The notes under the pieces are model-generated. The model ran no database searches and was not told the origin of the DNA. It was given only the letters and a program-made list of their open reading frames with translations. The position numbers and the translations under genes were made by a program. A stretch of DNA of 64,000 nt from contig DAOULR010000022.1 in NCBI GenBank assembly GCA_034419075.1, positions 2,598 to 66,597 of the forward strand. Direction: 5' to 3'. This DNA comes from Dehalococcoidales bacterium (lineage in GTDB: Bacteria > Chloroflexota > Dehalococcoidia > Dehalococcoidales > BS750m-G39). This document shows positions 44,780 to 52,879 of this stretch, one piece after another. Position 1 is the stretch's first letter; the number at the start of each line of letters is the position of its first letter.

Positions 44780-44992
44780 TCAAGACTTGTAGGCTGCCTG
44801 AATGTGCTCGCCGTAGCGCAAAATCCCTTCCTGGAGTCGCACCGGCAGCGCCAGGAACCTCCTCACCCGGGCCGCCTCGGCCCGTCTCTCCTCGCCGGGT
44901 GCATCGCTCGCGGGAACGGCCGGCGGCACGCCGGTCAAGGCCTCGATAACCCTGGCGGCTTCGGCCACGCGGGACGCGCCTGCAGCCGCCAC
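44780..44992 (-). CDS. Hypothetical protein (70 aa)
   Basis: ORF track. Abuts the upstream gene. Confidence 0.4.
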   Translation of the reverse strand: MAAAGASRVAEAARVIEALTGVPPAVPASDAPGEERRAEAARVRRFLALPVRLQEGILRYGEHIQAAYKS

Positions 44993-45234
44993 TAGGTCCT
45001 CTCGCCTTCCATGTTGAATAGCTGGTAGAGCATCTGCGTTACGCTGGTCACGATCCCCTCCTGCAACTGGGGTACGAGCTTGGCTGCCTCCGGGTCGTCC
45101 GTCTTGAGGGTGACTTCCACGAGGTTATCTCCGGTGTGGATTACGTAGCCGATCTTTTTCGTCAGCGCCTGCATGCTCGCCAGCTGCTCCCGCTGCTGCG
45201 GGGTGGCAAACGCCATTGGATTGAATACCATCAT
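44992..45234 (-). CDS. Hypothetical protein (80 aa)
   Basis: ORF track. 4-nt overlap with the upstream gene. Confidence 0.45.
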   Translation of the reverse strand: MMVFNPMAFATPQQREQLASMQALTKKIGYVIHTGDNLVEVTLKTDDPEAAKLVPQLQEGIVTSVTQMLYQLFNMEGERT

Positions 45235-45971
45235 TCACCTCCTTGTTCTCGTTTATCAACTAAACCCGGTGTGGGGCCGACCTTTCCGCCGAACAGTTGC
45301 CCGGTAATCTGGTTGATAACCGTCTCCATCGTCCTGGCGATAAGGCCCTTCATCGGGTCTTTAGCCTGGGCGATGTCCGGCTTCTGCTGCTGCATCTGGT
45401 TGAATTTCTCCTCCATCCAGCCTACGGCCTGCCCGCCGACCTCGGCGGCCGCCCGGGTGGCTATCTCTACGTTCGACTCCTTGGCCCGCTGCGCCGCGGC
45501 GTCCATGTCTTCCCTGGCCTTCTCCATGATATCGAGGATGGGCTTCATCGCCTTCGCCTGGGCCTCGGCCTGGCCTTTCATTATCTCGACGTCGCTCATT
45601 ACCGCCATCTGGGCTGCCCGGTAGAGCATGAAGCCTTTCAGCATCCAGGTGCCGGCATCGCCGTCGGAGAGCAGGTAGCCCTCCAGTATCGCCTCGGGGG
45701 AGATGACCTCCTGCCCGCCGCCAGCCTTGAGCACCATCGGCAGCTTCGGCATTTCCACCCCCTCATCCCCCGGCTTGCCCTTGGGGGCTATCCTTTTTTT
45801 CGCTACCTGTCTTACCGTGGAGTGGGCGTATCCCCACTCCTTCTCTATCTGCACCGGGGTGTAGCCCTCGTCGAGCAGCTTCTCTATCCTCTTTCGCTGG
45901 GTGTCCTCGCCCACCGGCTCGACGTCAGCCTTAGTGGTCGGTTTCTCCTGTCCCTTTTTCCTGGCTGCCAT
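45231..45971 (-). CDS. HTH-containing protein (246 aa), function unknown
   Basis: N-terminal LLDEGYTPVQIEKEWGYAHSTVRQV helix-turn-helix. Helical C-terminal region. Confidence 0.5.
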   Translation of the reverse strand: MAARKKGQEKPTTKADVEPVGEDTQRKRIEKLLDEGYTPVQIEKEWGYAHSTVRQVAKKRIAPKGKPGDEGVEMPKLPMVLKAGGGQEVISPEAILEGYLLSDGDAGTWMLKGFMLYRAAQMAVMSDVEIMKGQAEAQAKAMKPILDIMEKAREDMDAAAQRAKESNVEIATRAAAEVGGQAVGWMEEKFNQMQQQKPDIAQAKDPMKGLIARTMETVINQITGQLFGGKVGPTPGLVDKREQGGE

Positions 45972-45983
45972 AATCTCACTCTG

Positions 45984-46036
45984 CCCAAATAAATAAGCCC
46001 TGCGAGCCGACTTTCGTCGGCGGGCTCGCAGGGCTT
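45984..46036 (-). terminator. Rho-independent terminator (sequence-related to 44691-44746)
   Basis: AAGCCCTGCGAGCC...GGCTCGCAGGGCTT stem followed on the minus strand by ATTTATTT. Confidence 0.6.
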
Positions 46037-46165
46037 TTCTTCAAAATACCACCCCGCGTCGTAGCTGTCAATAGAAAAGGTCGTATCTCACCCCAAACTC
46101 GGGTCGCACCTGTAGCTACGATCCGCCCAGCTACGACCTCCCGCCGACCAAACCCAACTATAGCG

Positions 46166-47092
46166 TCAAGGGATACCCCCTCCCCCCTCCGGCAACAACA
46201 GCTCAATCGCCCTCTGGACGCCCAGGTCGGGGGCGAGCCGGGCTACCCTCACGGCGTCCCTGACATCCTGTGACCGGCCGTCGAGCCGCTCGGCTATCTC
46301 CTCGGCGACCGGAGGCGGGAGCCCTTCCCGGCGAACCAGCACGCCCCTCACCACGGTCCTGAACTCGTCCCTGCCGTAGGCGCCGAGCCTCCGGATGGCG
46401 AAGCGCGACCTGAGCTCCGGGGAGAGCCTGTCCTCGACGTTGGTGGCGGCCACGACCTTCAGCTCCAGGCTGGTATTGAGTTCCCGCCCCTTCTTCGCCC
46501 TGACCATGCGCCCGCCCTCCATGATGCTGAGGAGGGCCGCGGTATCGGCGGCGTTCACCTTGTCCAGCTCGTCCACCAGCAGTACCTCCGGCCGCCTCTC
46601 CGCTACCAGGTCCCACAGCCCCGCCTTCGATATCGCCGAGCCGACCAGCCAGACCGTCTTCTCCCCGCCGGCTCTCTCGATATCCCATAGGAACAGGGTC
46701 TTGGCCAGCGCCGGCGGGCCGGTCAGCAGCACGTGAACCGCCTTTTCCGCCAGCAGGCAGGCCCTGAGCAGCTCCTTTACGTCGTCATGGCCGATAATAT
46801 CCTGGAAGATGTCCTCGGGAACCCCTAGTTTTCGATTCTGCTTCGTCTCAGCACGGTTGGGCGCGCCGTCGAGGAGCACGGCCCGGGCCTCGGGTGTCAG
46901 CCTGTAACCGTGGTACGAGTTGGACTCGTAGACGTCCTCGACGAGCCCCTCCATCCGCAGCTTCGTCAAGGCGCCCGGCCACACCCCGACGTCGCGGGAG
47001 CGCCAGCCCAGCTTGGCGGGCAGGCTCTCCGGGTCGAAGCCGTCCTCGGCCTCGGCTATGCGGCGGAGCAGCTCGACGTCGGTTTCTTTCAC
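46166..47092 (-). CDS. AAA+ ATPase with N-terminal winged-helix-like domain and deviant Walker A
   Basis: 308 aa. Walker A GPPALAKT (Ala where Gly is canonical), Walker B LLVDELD, sensor-1 VVAATN. Confidence 0.75.
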   Translation of the reverse strand: MKETDVELLRRIAEAEDGFDPESLPAKLGWRSRDVGVWPGALTKLRMEGLVEDVYESNSYHGYRLTPEARAVLLDGAPNRAETKQNRKLGVPEDIFQDIIGHDDVKELLRACLLAEKAVHVLLTGPPALAKTLFLWDIERAGGEKTVWLVGSAISKAGLWDLVAERRPEVLLVDELDKVNAADTAALLSIMEGGRMVRAKKGRELNTSLELKVVAATNVEDRLSPELRSRFAIRRLGAYGRDEFRTVVRGVLVRREGLPPPVAEEIAERLDGRSQDVRDAVRVARLAPDLGVQRAIELLLPEGGGGIP

Positions 47093-47463
47093 TGTAATCC
47101 CCTTTGCCTCTTGATCATCTCGTAGGCGGCCAGCACTATCTGCAGCAGGAAGCCGGTACCCGGCGTGCCCGACTTGTCCGGGTGGAGCCTGTTCACCAGC
47201 TCCCGGTACCGCTCCTTCAGCTCATCGTCGGAGGCGGACTTGTCCAGCCCCAGAATCTGATAGGGGTCGAATAACGGTTGCTGCCCCGCCAGCCCGGGCA
47301 GACGGGAAAAATCCACCCCCATCTGCCTCATAAGATCCATGAGCTTCGCCGGGTCCAGGGCGCCTCTCAGGAAGCCGTCCGTCCAGCCACGTATCTCTTC
47401 CTGGAAGACCCTCATCCACCGGCGGCAGATCCTTGCCAGGAGTTCCCTGCTGTTGGCTGTCAT
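47089..47463 (-). CDS. J-domain (DnaJ-like) protein
   Basis: DPYQILGLDKSASDDELKERYRELVNRLHPDK, with the HPD tripeptide. Confidence 0.75.
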   Translation of the reverse strand: MTANSRELLARICRRWMRVFQEEIRGWTDGFLRGALDPAKLMDLMRQMGVDFSRLPGLAGQQPLFDPYQILGLDKSASDDELKERYRELVNRLHPDKSGTPGTGFLLQIVLAAYEMIKRQRGLQ

Positions 47464-47466
47464 GCC

Positions 47467-47730
47467 TTACCTCCAATCGTTGTCGAAGTCCTTGCAGCCG
47501 CGGCACGGCGCCACCAGCCGGGCCACCCGCACCACCCCGTTGTAGGTGAGCCGGCGCCTGTGCCGGTCATATTCGGCCGTCATCGGGTGTCCCTTCCGGC
47601 AGCGCACGTATATTCCCTCGTCGGGCGCCAGGCAGTGGCGGCAGTTCCTGGTGCTCACCTCGCCGGTGGGCCACGGCTTAACGACCGCGAACCGCTTCGG
47701 CGGCTTTCTCAACTTGGTTTCTACTGTCAT
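47467..47730 (-). CDS. Small Cys-rich (Zn-ribbon-like) protein (87 aa)
   Basis: CRHC...CRKGH...CRGC. Confidence 0.45.
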   Translation of the reverse strand: MTVETKLRKPPKRFAVVKPWPTGEVSTRNCRHCLAPDEGIYVRCRKGHPMTAEYDRHRRRLTYNGVVRVARLVAPCRGCKDFDNDWR

Positions 47731-48128
47731 CCCGTTGCTCCTTCTCTTTCCCGCTTCTCAACGCCGGTGACCGTGGCCCCGGCCAGCTTCTTGGCCTCGT
47801 GAATCAGCTTCAAGGTGCTGTCGTCAACCTCGAGGAGATACTCCAGCTCCTGCTCGAGATACGTGGGATAGCCGGCGGGAAAGCCGCCGACGAGCTCGTC
47901 TCTCAGGACGACTACCACCTCGTCGCCCAGGGCGCGGCAACGCCAGAGGCACCAGCCCCTTGTTGCCAGCAGCTCGCTTGTGCTAGCCTTCTCCTGCGCC
48001 CGGCGCAGCTCCTCCTCAAGCCCGGCCAGCTCCTCTTCCCACGAGTCAGTAGCCATCCCCTTCGCCCTGGCCAGGGCTATGGCCCTCCTGCCCCTCTCTA
48101 TGCGCGAGTTAATGTCCCGACTCTTCAC
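47727..48128 (-). CDS. Hypothetical protein (~133 aa)
   Basis: GTG 48128 chosen. The longer track ORF (to 48419) overlaps the primase-helicase gene in another frame. Confidence 0.4.
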   Translation of the reverse strand: MKSRDINSRIERGRRAIALARAKGMATDSWEEELAGLEEELRRAQEKASTSELLATRGWCLWRCRALGDEVVVVLRDELVGGFPAGYPTYLEQELEYLLEVDDSTLKLIHEAKKLAGATVTGVEKREREGATG

Positions 48129-50325
48129 TTGCCACCTCGTCGAGAAAGTCGTCCCAGGGGTCTTTTGCTTCCCTATCCCCGGGAAGTCCGTCATTACCGT
48201 CACAACCGCCACCGCCAGATATGGAGCCAGCTTGTGACGGTTTTTCCGGGCTCTCCAAACCGTCACCCTCTTCCCTGTCTGGCAGTGACAGTAATGACGG
48301 TTGTGACGGTTTCTCCTGGGATAGAGGGGTTTGCGCCAGCCCGTAAAGAGAGGCCAGCTGCCTGACCCGGTTCTCGTCCCAGCGGATAAACCTCGACTTC
48401 GAGGTCCGCTCCTTTCCAAAACCCAGCTTCTTGGTCATCCAGCCCACCTTCTCCGAGGTCAGCGCCGGGGCGTCGTTATCCATCTCATTGACCTTGTCGG
48501 TTATATTCCTTATGGTGAGCTCGGCGCCCTCGCCGTGCAGCTCGATAATGGCCGCCAGCACCCTGCCCAAGGCGCTCTCGCGGCGCCTTGAGAAAAGCGT
48601 CTCCTGGAGCCGGTGGATGAAGGCGCTGAGGCTCTCGGCCATGGCCCGGTCGCCGTTGACCATCGCCTTGAGCGGAATCAGGATCTCCTGCAGCCTGGGC
48701 TGGAGGTTCGGCTCGAGAAGGTCGTTGCCGAAGGTCCTGCCCTTGAGCTTGAGCAGGTTGGCCAGCCTGAAGGTGAGCAGCTTCGAGCGCAGCTGTTTGA
48801 CCTCGGTGTCAAACGACGGCGGCAGCACCCTGGGGATGTCCGGCCTGGTCAAGGGCATCATCTCGGCGGTGAGGCACCGGCTCTCCAGGGCTTCGTCCTT
48901 GAAGGTGGAGCGCGTGGCGATGAGCTTGGGGCCGAAGACCTGGTAGCCGTGGGGGTACCACTTGCCGTCCTCCTTGTCCGACCTTAGCACGGGGAAGTTG
49001 GGGCGGTAGCCGTTGTTCAGTATCTTGACCATCTCTACCCAGGCCGAGGAGTCCTTGAAGTCGGCCTCGTCGAGGACCAGCGTCCCCTGGAACTTGTCCA
49101 GGATGCGGAAGATGGGAGACGGGGTAGTTGCCCCCGAGGCGAAGATGGGTCGAAAGCAAACTCTTCCCACGACGTCCAGAAACCTGGTCTTGCCGGAGCC
49201 CCAGTCGCCGATGACCCTCAGGTAGGGAATGGAGGGGGCAAACTCGTAGACCCAGGTCAGCAGCACGTACAGGGCGGCGATGTCCTCGAAATCGGCAGGG
49301 AGCTCAATATACTGGTGGATGAAAGCCTTGGCCTCACCGAACAGGGTGGCCTGGGAGTCGTAGGGCGCGGCGGTGGCGGCGAAATGCACCACCTGGCCCA
49401 CCAGGGGGTCGCCTGTTGGTATATAGGTAACCCTGCCGGTCTGGTACTGAAGCACCTTCCTCACCGACCCGCCCACCAGCACGATGAATGACCGTTCCCC
49501 GGCGTCGCTCACTATCATCTCGCCCACAGTTCCGTCAGGAAGAATAAAGCCCGATACGCTCCGCTCAATGGTCCGGCTCTCCTCGCCGTCAAGCTCCCCC
49601 GCCAGCTGCCGGGCGTCCTCCAAGGAATGCTCCAGGAGGTAATCGTCGATGCCCACCTTCCGGTCGCCCGGCTGGGGAAGACGAATCGCCAGGACGTTCG
49701 CCTCTCTGCGCCGGAGGTGCTCTGCAATGCGTCCGAGAGCTTTCCTGACCGGCTCCTTGGTGACGACATCCGAGTCGAAGGAAAGGTAAACGACGCGCTC
49801 CTTGAGGGCGATGTAGTCCCAGTCGGCAAGCAGGGTAACGCCGCCGAGCTCGTTTTTACCCTTGAACCCCCAGACGCCGGTGAGAGAAACGGAGCAGGCC
49901 CCGTGCGACGCCAGAGAGTCTGCCTTCTTGCTGCCCTCGGTCACCCACAGCGGAACTCTCGGGTCGCTGAGCATCTTCCGGCAGCGTGGAGGGCAGTCAA
50001 GCCTGTTGGCCGAACCCCTGGGAGACTCGTATTTCACCGGCCTGCCCCTGGCGTCAACCCGGGGATTATCGGGCCGGTATTGATAGCCAGCCTCCTTGCC
50101 GTCAACTCCCCAGAGAGGAATGAGGATGCCCGGGGTGCGCTGCTGCGCCGGGGTAAAGCCCAGCTCCTTGATCTCAGCTTTGCCCAGGAGACTCCGGTAA
50201 CCCCGCTCCCTGATCGCGTCGGCGCTTACGCCGCTTCCCTCCTGAAGGTGCCTCATGTGGCTTTCCAGGAGCTCAGGGATATCCTTTGAGAAAACATGGC
50301 CGGCTTCCTTTGACTCGGTGCTCAT
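48109..50325 (-). CDS. Primase-helicase-like replication protein (Toprim/DUF3854-like N-terminus + P-loop NTPase)
   Basis: 738 aa. PLWVTEGSKKADSL acidic Toprim-like segment, Walker A GDWGSGKT, Walker B LVLDEAD. Confidence 0.7.
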   Translation of the reverse strand: MSTESKEAGHVFSKDIPELLESHMRHLQEGSGVSADAIRERGYRSLLGKAEIKELGFTPAQQRTPGILIPLWGVDGKEAGYQYRPDNPRVDARGRPVKYESPRGSANRLDCPPRCRKMLSDPRVPLWVTEGSKKADSLASHGACSVSLTGVWGFKGKNELGGVTLLADWDYIALKERVVYLSFDSDVVTKEPVRKALGRIAEHLRRREANVLAIRLPQPGDRKVGIDDYLLEHSLEDARQLAGELDGEESRTIERSVSGFILPDGTVGEMIVSDAGERSFIVLVGGSVRKVLQYQTGRVTYIPTGDPLVGQVVHFAATAAPYDSQATLFGEAKAFIHQYIELPADFEDIAALYVLLTWVYEFAPSIPYLRVIGDWGSGKTRFLDVVGRVCFRPIFASGATTPSPIFRILDKFQGTLVLDEADFKDSSAWVEMVKILNNGYRPNFPVLRSDKEDGKWYPHGYQVFGPKLIATRSTFKDEALESRCLTAEMMPLTRPDIPRVLPPSFDTEVKQLRSKLLTFRLANLLKLKGRTFGNDLLEPNLQPRLQEILIPLKAMVNGDRAMAESLSAFIHRLQETLFSRRRESALGRVLAAIIELHGEGAELTIRNITDKVNEMDNDAPALTSEKVGWMTKKLGFGKERTSKSRFIRWDENRVRQLASLYGLAQTPLSQEKPSQPSLLSLPDREEGDGLESPEKPSQAGSISGGGGCDGNDGLPGDREAKDPWDDFLDEVASEESGH

Positions 50326-50357
50326 TGCTCTCCTGATGTCGTCGAATCAGGGACGGC

Positions 50358-51338
50358 CTACGTGCTCGAGGAGTAGCGCTCCACAGCCCTCAGAAAATGA
50401 GCCAGCTGCTCGGCAGTCAGGTTGGCCGGCGGCGATACCGACTCAAAGTCCTTGAGCCTGACGCTGATGCGATAGTTTCTCTCGAACCAGTCGGATATCT
50501 GCCAGTCCTGAACGTTGAGATGCCAGACCCTGGTCTTCGCCGTGTCCCACAGTCGGGCCAGCTCCTCGTCCTGGGGCGAAGACTGGCCTGTTTCGCCCTC
50601 CGCCAGTGTCTCCTCGGGGAAAAGGTCGTCCGGCGCCTCGCTGTCGGGCGGCGGCAGGATTAAGGCTTTCGCCGGCGGTATCTGGGCGTACCTCTGTATT
50701 TCAGACAGGGAATAGGGACAGGTCAGGCTGAGGACGTAAACCTTTTTCCTTCTGCCGTCGGGCTGAACTTCCTTCTCGACCAGCTTCAGCGAAAGCGGTA
50801 TCATTGATACCCGCTGGCAAATGCTCTTTATCAGCGCCAGCTCCGAGTTAACGCTCAACATCGAGTGGTAAGAGGTCGTGTCGAGCTGGTAAACGCCAAA
50901 GCCCGGGCAGTCGGGTATGAGAAACTGCAGGTTCATCACCCTCCGGCACTGCCCCCGCCGGTGGTAAGCGCAGCTATCCGGGCTGCAAACGATCTCTCTT
51001 AACTCGGTCGCCGCCGCATCCATGGCGGCTATCTCGCCCGTCTTGACGTCGACCCTGGCCACCGCCGTCTCGCCGTCGCCGCGGCAAATCAGGACCCGCG
51101 TTGCCGAGTAGCACCGGAGATACTGGCTGGCCCATTGCTCGCTGTCCTCGGTAGGAAACATGATCCGCAGCTCTTTCGGCTTTTCCCCGAAGACCTTCCT
51201 GACCTCCTGGGGGCAGACAAAATAGTCGGTCGGCGTGGGGTAGCTCACCCCGCCGTCGGCGCTTTTCTTCACTCCCAACCTTATCCTGCCCAGCCGAGGC
51301 AGCCTGACAATTTCAGATATTCCCTTTATCGGCGACAT
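50358..51338 (-). CDS. Hypothetical early protein (326 aa)
   Basis: ATG 51338 preceded by AAGGAGG. No family recognised. Confidence 0.5.
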   Translation of the reverse strand: MSPIKGISEIVRLPRLGRIRLGVKKSADGGVSYPTPTDYFVCPQEVRKVFGEKPKELRIMFPTEDSEQWASQYLRCYSATRVLICRGDGETAVARVDVKTGEIAAMDAAATELREIVCSPDSCAYHRRGQCRRVMNLQFLIPDCPGFGVYQLDTTSYHSMLSVNSELALIKSICQRVSMIPLSLKLVEKEVQPDGRRKKVYVLSLTCPYSLSEIQRYAQIPPAKALILPPPDSEAPDDLFPEETLAEGETGQSSPQDEELARLWDTAKTRVWHLNVQDWQISDWFERNYRISVRLKDFESVSPPANLTAEQLAHFLRAVERYSSST

Positions 51339-51542
51339 GCGAACCTCCTTCTGTATCCACCATGCACGGGCTTTTATGGTCGCCCAGCAACCCTTCCCTA
51401 CGACCGATGGTGACCGCCAGATCAAGGAGAGTGCGGAGCCTCTGCTCCACTACCCTCGGCTTACGCTCCGATGACGTATGAATCTCAACCTGATCCGCCT
51501 GACTTATCACCATGACCATAAAGATCCCCTATCGTATTCCTG

Positions 51543-51755
51543 TTACTGCTGATGCTGAACGGTATGGTTGTTATCGGATATGAAATAATGCCGGGCCACC
51601 GCTCTCCTCACCAGGGTGCTGATGTCGGTCCTCTCCAGCTCGGCTATCCTCTCCAGTTCGTCATAGTCCTCCTGGGAAAAGAGCACCCGGAGGGACACCT
51701 TGTTCTTGCCAACCACGCTCGGTCTACCTTTGCTCATCTCATCCTCCAGCGGCAT
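51543..51755 (-). CDS. Ribbon-helix-helix (CopG/Arc-like) protein, Cro-position regulator
   Basis: KVSLRVLFSQEDYDELERIAELERTDISTLVRRAVARHY. Divergent from the repressor gene. Confidence 0.7.
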   Translation of the reverse strand: MPLEDEMSKGRPSVVGKNKVSLRVLFSQEDYDELERIAELERTDISTLVRRAVARHYFISDNNHTVQHQQ

Positions 51756-51766
51756 AAATCGTAATA

Positions 51767-51795
51767 ATATTACTATGGTTATATAATGCTGTCAA
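51767..51795 (-). promoter_or_regulatory. Leftward consensus promoter (TTGACA-17-TAATAT) with overlapping GTAATAATATTAC operator
   Basis: The minus strand reads cTTGACAgcattatataaccatagTAATATtattac. Confidence 0.6.
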
Positions 51796-51888
51796 GAGGC
51801 TTTTGTCGTCATTATATTACCTAAATACCCGCTGTTTTATGCCTGATATTGCTCTAAACGACGGCTGTGACACGGCGACAGGAGGGGC

Positions 51889-51920
51889 TTGACAACCTGC
51901 AATAATGGTAGTAATATTAC
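51889..51920 (+). promoter_or_regulatory. Rightward consensus promoter (TTGACA-17-TAATAT) with overlapping palindromic GTAATATTAC operator
   Basis: TTGACA at 51889-51894, TAATAT at 51912-51917, palindrome at 51911-51920. Confidence 0.6.
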
Positions 51921-51953
51921 CATATATTACTAATTTCATATGGGAGAAAAATC

Positions 51954-52370
51954 ATGCCTATTGCTTTGGCACAACTGATCAGGGAGGCGCGAGCACGTCT
52001 CGGCCCCATGACTCAAGGAGAGCTGGGCAAGCTGGCCGGGACCAGCCTCGAGAACATCACCGCCATAGAGAACGGGCGTAACCGGCAGCCAAAACCGGAG
52101 CTCATCGCCGGCCTGTCACGCGCCCTGAACCTGAGGATTGAAGACATATACGCGTCCATCACCGGTAACCTGAACCGGTTCCCCTGGGACAGGGTGAGCG
52201 ACCTCGACCTGAAAGACGCCGAGCTGGAGCTCATGTTTCGCCAGGTCGATAGCCTGCTGGAAGGCGAGGCCAGGGATCGGGTTAAAGCGTTCATACGTTT
52301 CACCCTTGATGAAGAGAGGCGGAAACTGGCAAAGGAGAAGGAAGCGCAGGAACGAGACAAACCGACGTGA
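51954..52370 (+). CDS. XRE/cI-like HTH repressor
   Basis: MTQGELGKLAGTSLENITAIENGRNRQP helix-turn-helix. First gene of the lysogeny module. Confidence 0.8.
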   Translation: MPIALAQLIREARARLGPMTQGELGKLAGTSLENITAIENGRNRQPKPELIAGLSRALNLRIEDIYASITGNLNRFPWDRVSDLDLKDAELELMFRQVDSLLEGEARDRVKAFIRFTLDEERRKLAKEKEAQERDKPT

Positions 52371-52392
52371 CTTTGTTTATGAGGAGCGAGCT

Positions 52393-52878
52393 ATGGTCAG
52401 TATGGCGGTTAAGAAGGCGGAGGAGCTGCACCGCAGGCATCCGGGAATCACCTTCCCCCTGGACATGGAATCGGTAGCTACCACCGAGGGTTGCGAGTTG
52501 GTGACCTGGCCCTTCCTCAGGCCGGTCAAAGAGGTAAAGCGGGGGCGCTGGATCGGCCTGGCCGAGGGACTGGAAGATAGAGAGCGCCGCCATCTGATCG
52601 CCCACGCCCTCGCGCATCACCTCTTGCACCGCGGGAACCAGCTCGCCTTCCACGAGCTGCAAAGGATAAACCTTTACAAGCAGGAAAGAGAGGCCGAGGA
52701 GTGCGCCGCCCACATCCTGATGCCGGAGTCAGAGCTGGCTAGGCTCGGCCGTATAACTACCTGGGAAATGTCGGATTACTTCGGGATCCCCGAGGAGCTG
52801 GCGAGGAAAAGGGTAAGCGATTTCGCTACCGACGAAGAGCGGGTACGCTGGGAAAAGTTGAGTCTTTGGGAGGACTAA
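52393..52878 (+). CDS. ImmA/IrrE-like protein with altered metal motif (HALAH instead of HExxH)
   Basis: ATG 52393 after GAGGAG. RRHLIAHALAHHLLH aligns to the M78 peptidase xxAHElgHxxlH. Confidence 0.65.
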   Translation: MVSMAVKKAEELHRRHPGITFPLDMESVATTEGCELVTWPFLRPVKEVKRGRWIGLAEGLEDRERRHLIAHALAHHLLHRGNQLAFHELQRINLYKQEREAEECAAHILMPESELARLGRITTWEMSDYFGIPEELARKRVSDFATDEERVRWEKLSLWED

Positions 52879-52879
52879 G

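Noticed and set aside
45976-46206. 76-aa minus-strand ORF between the AAA+ gene and the HTH gene.
   Set aside because: It spans the hairpin terminator at 45984-46036 and has no SD sequence. It is probably non-coding.
47727-48419. 230-aa version of the ORF downstream of the primase-helicase gene.
   Set aside because: Its first ~100 codons overlap the primase-helicase 3' end in another frame. A GTG at 48128 gives a 20-nt overlap and was used instead. The start remains uncertain.
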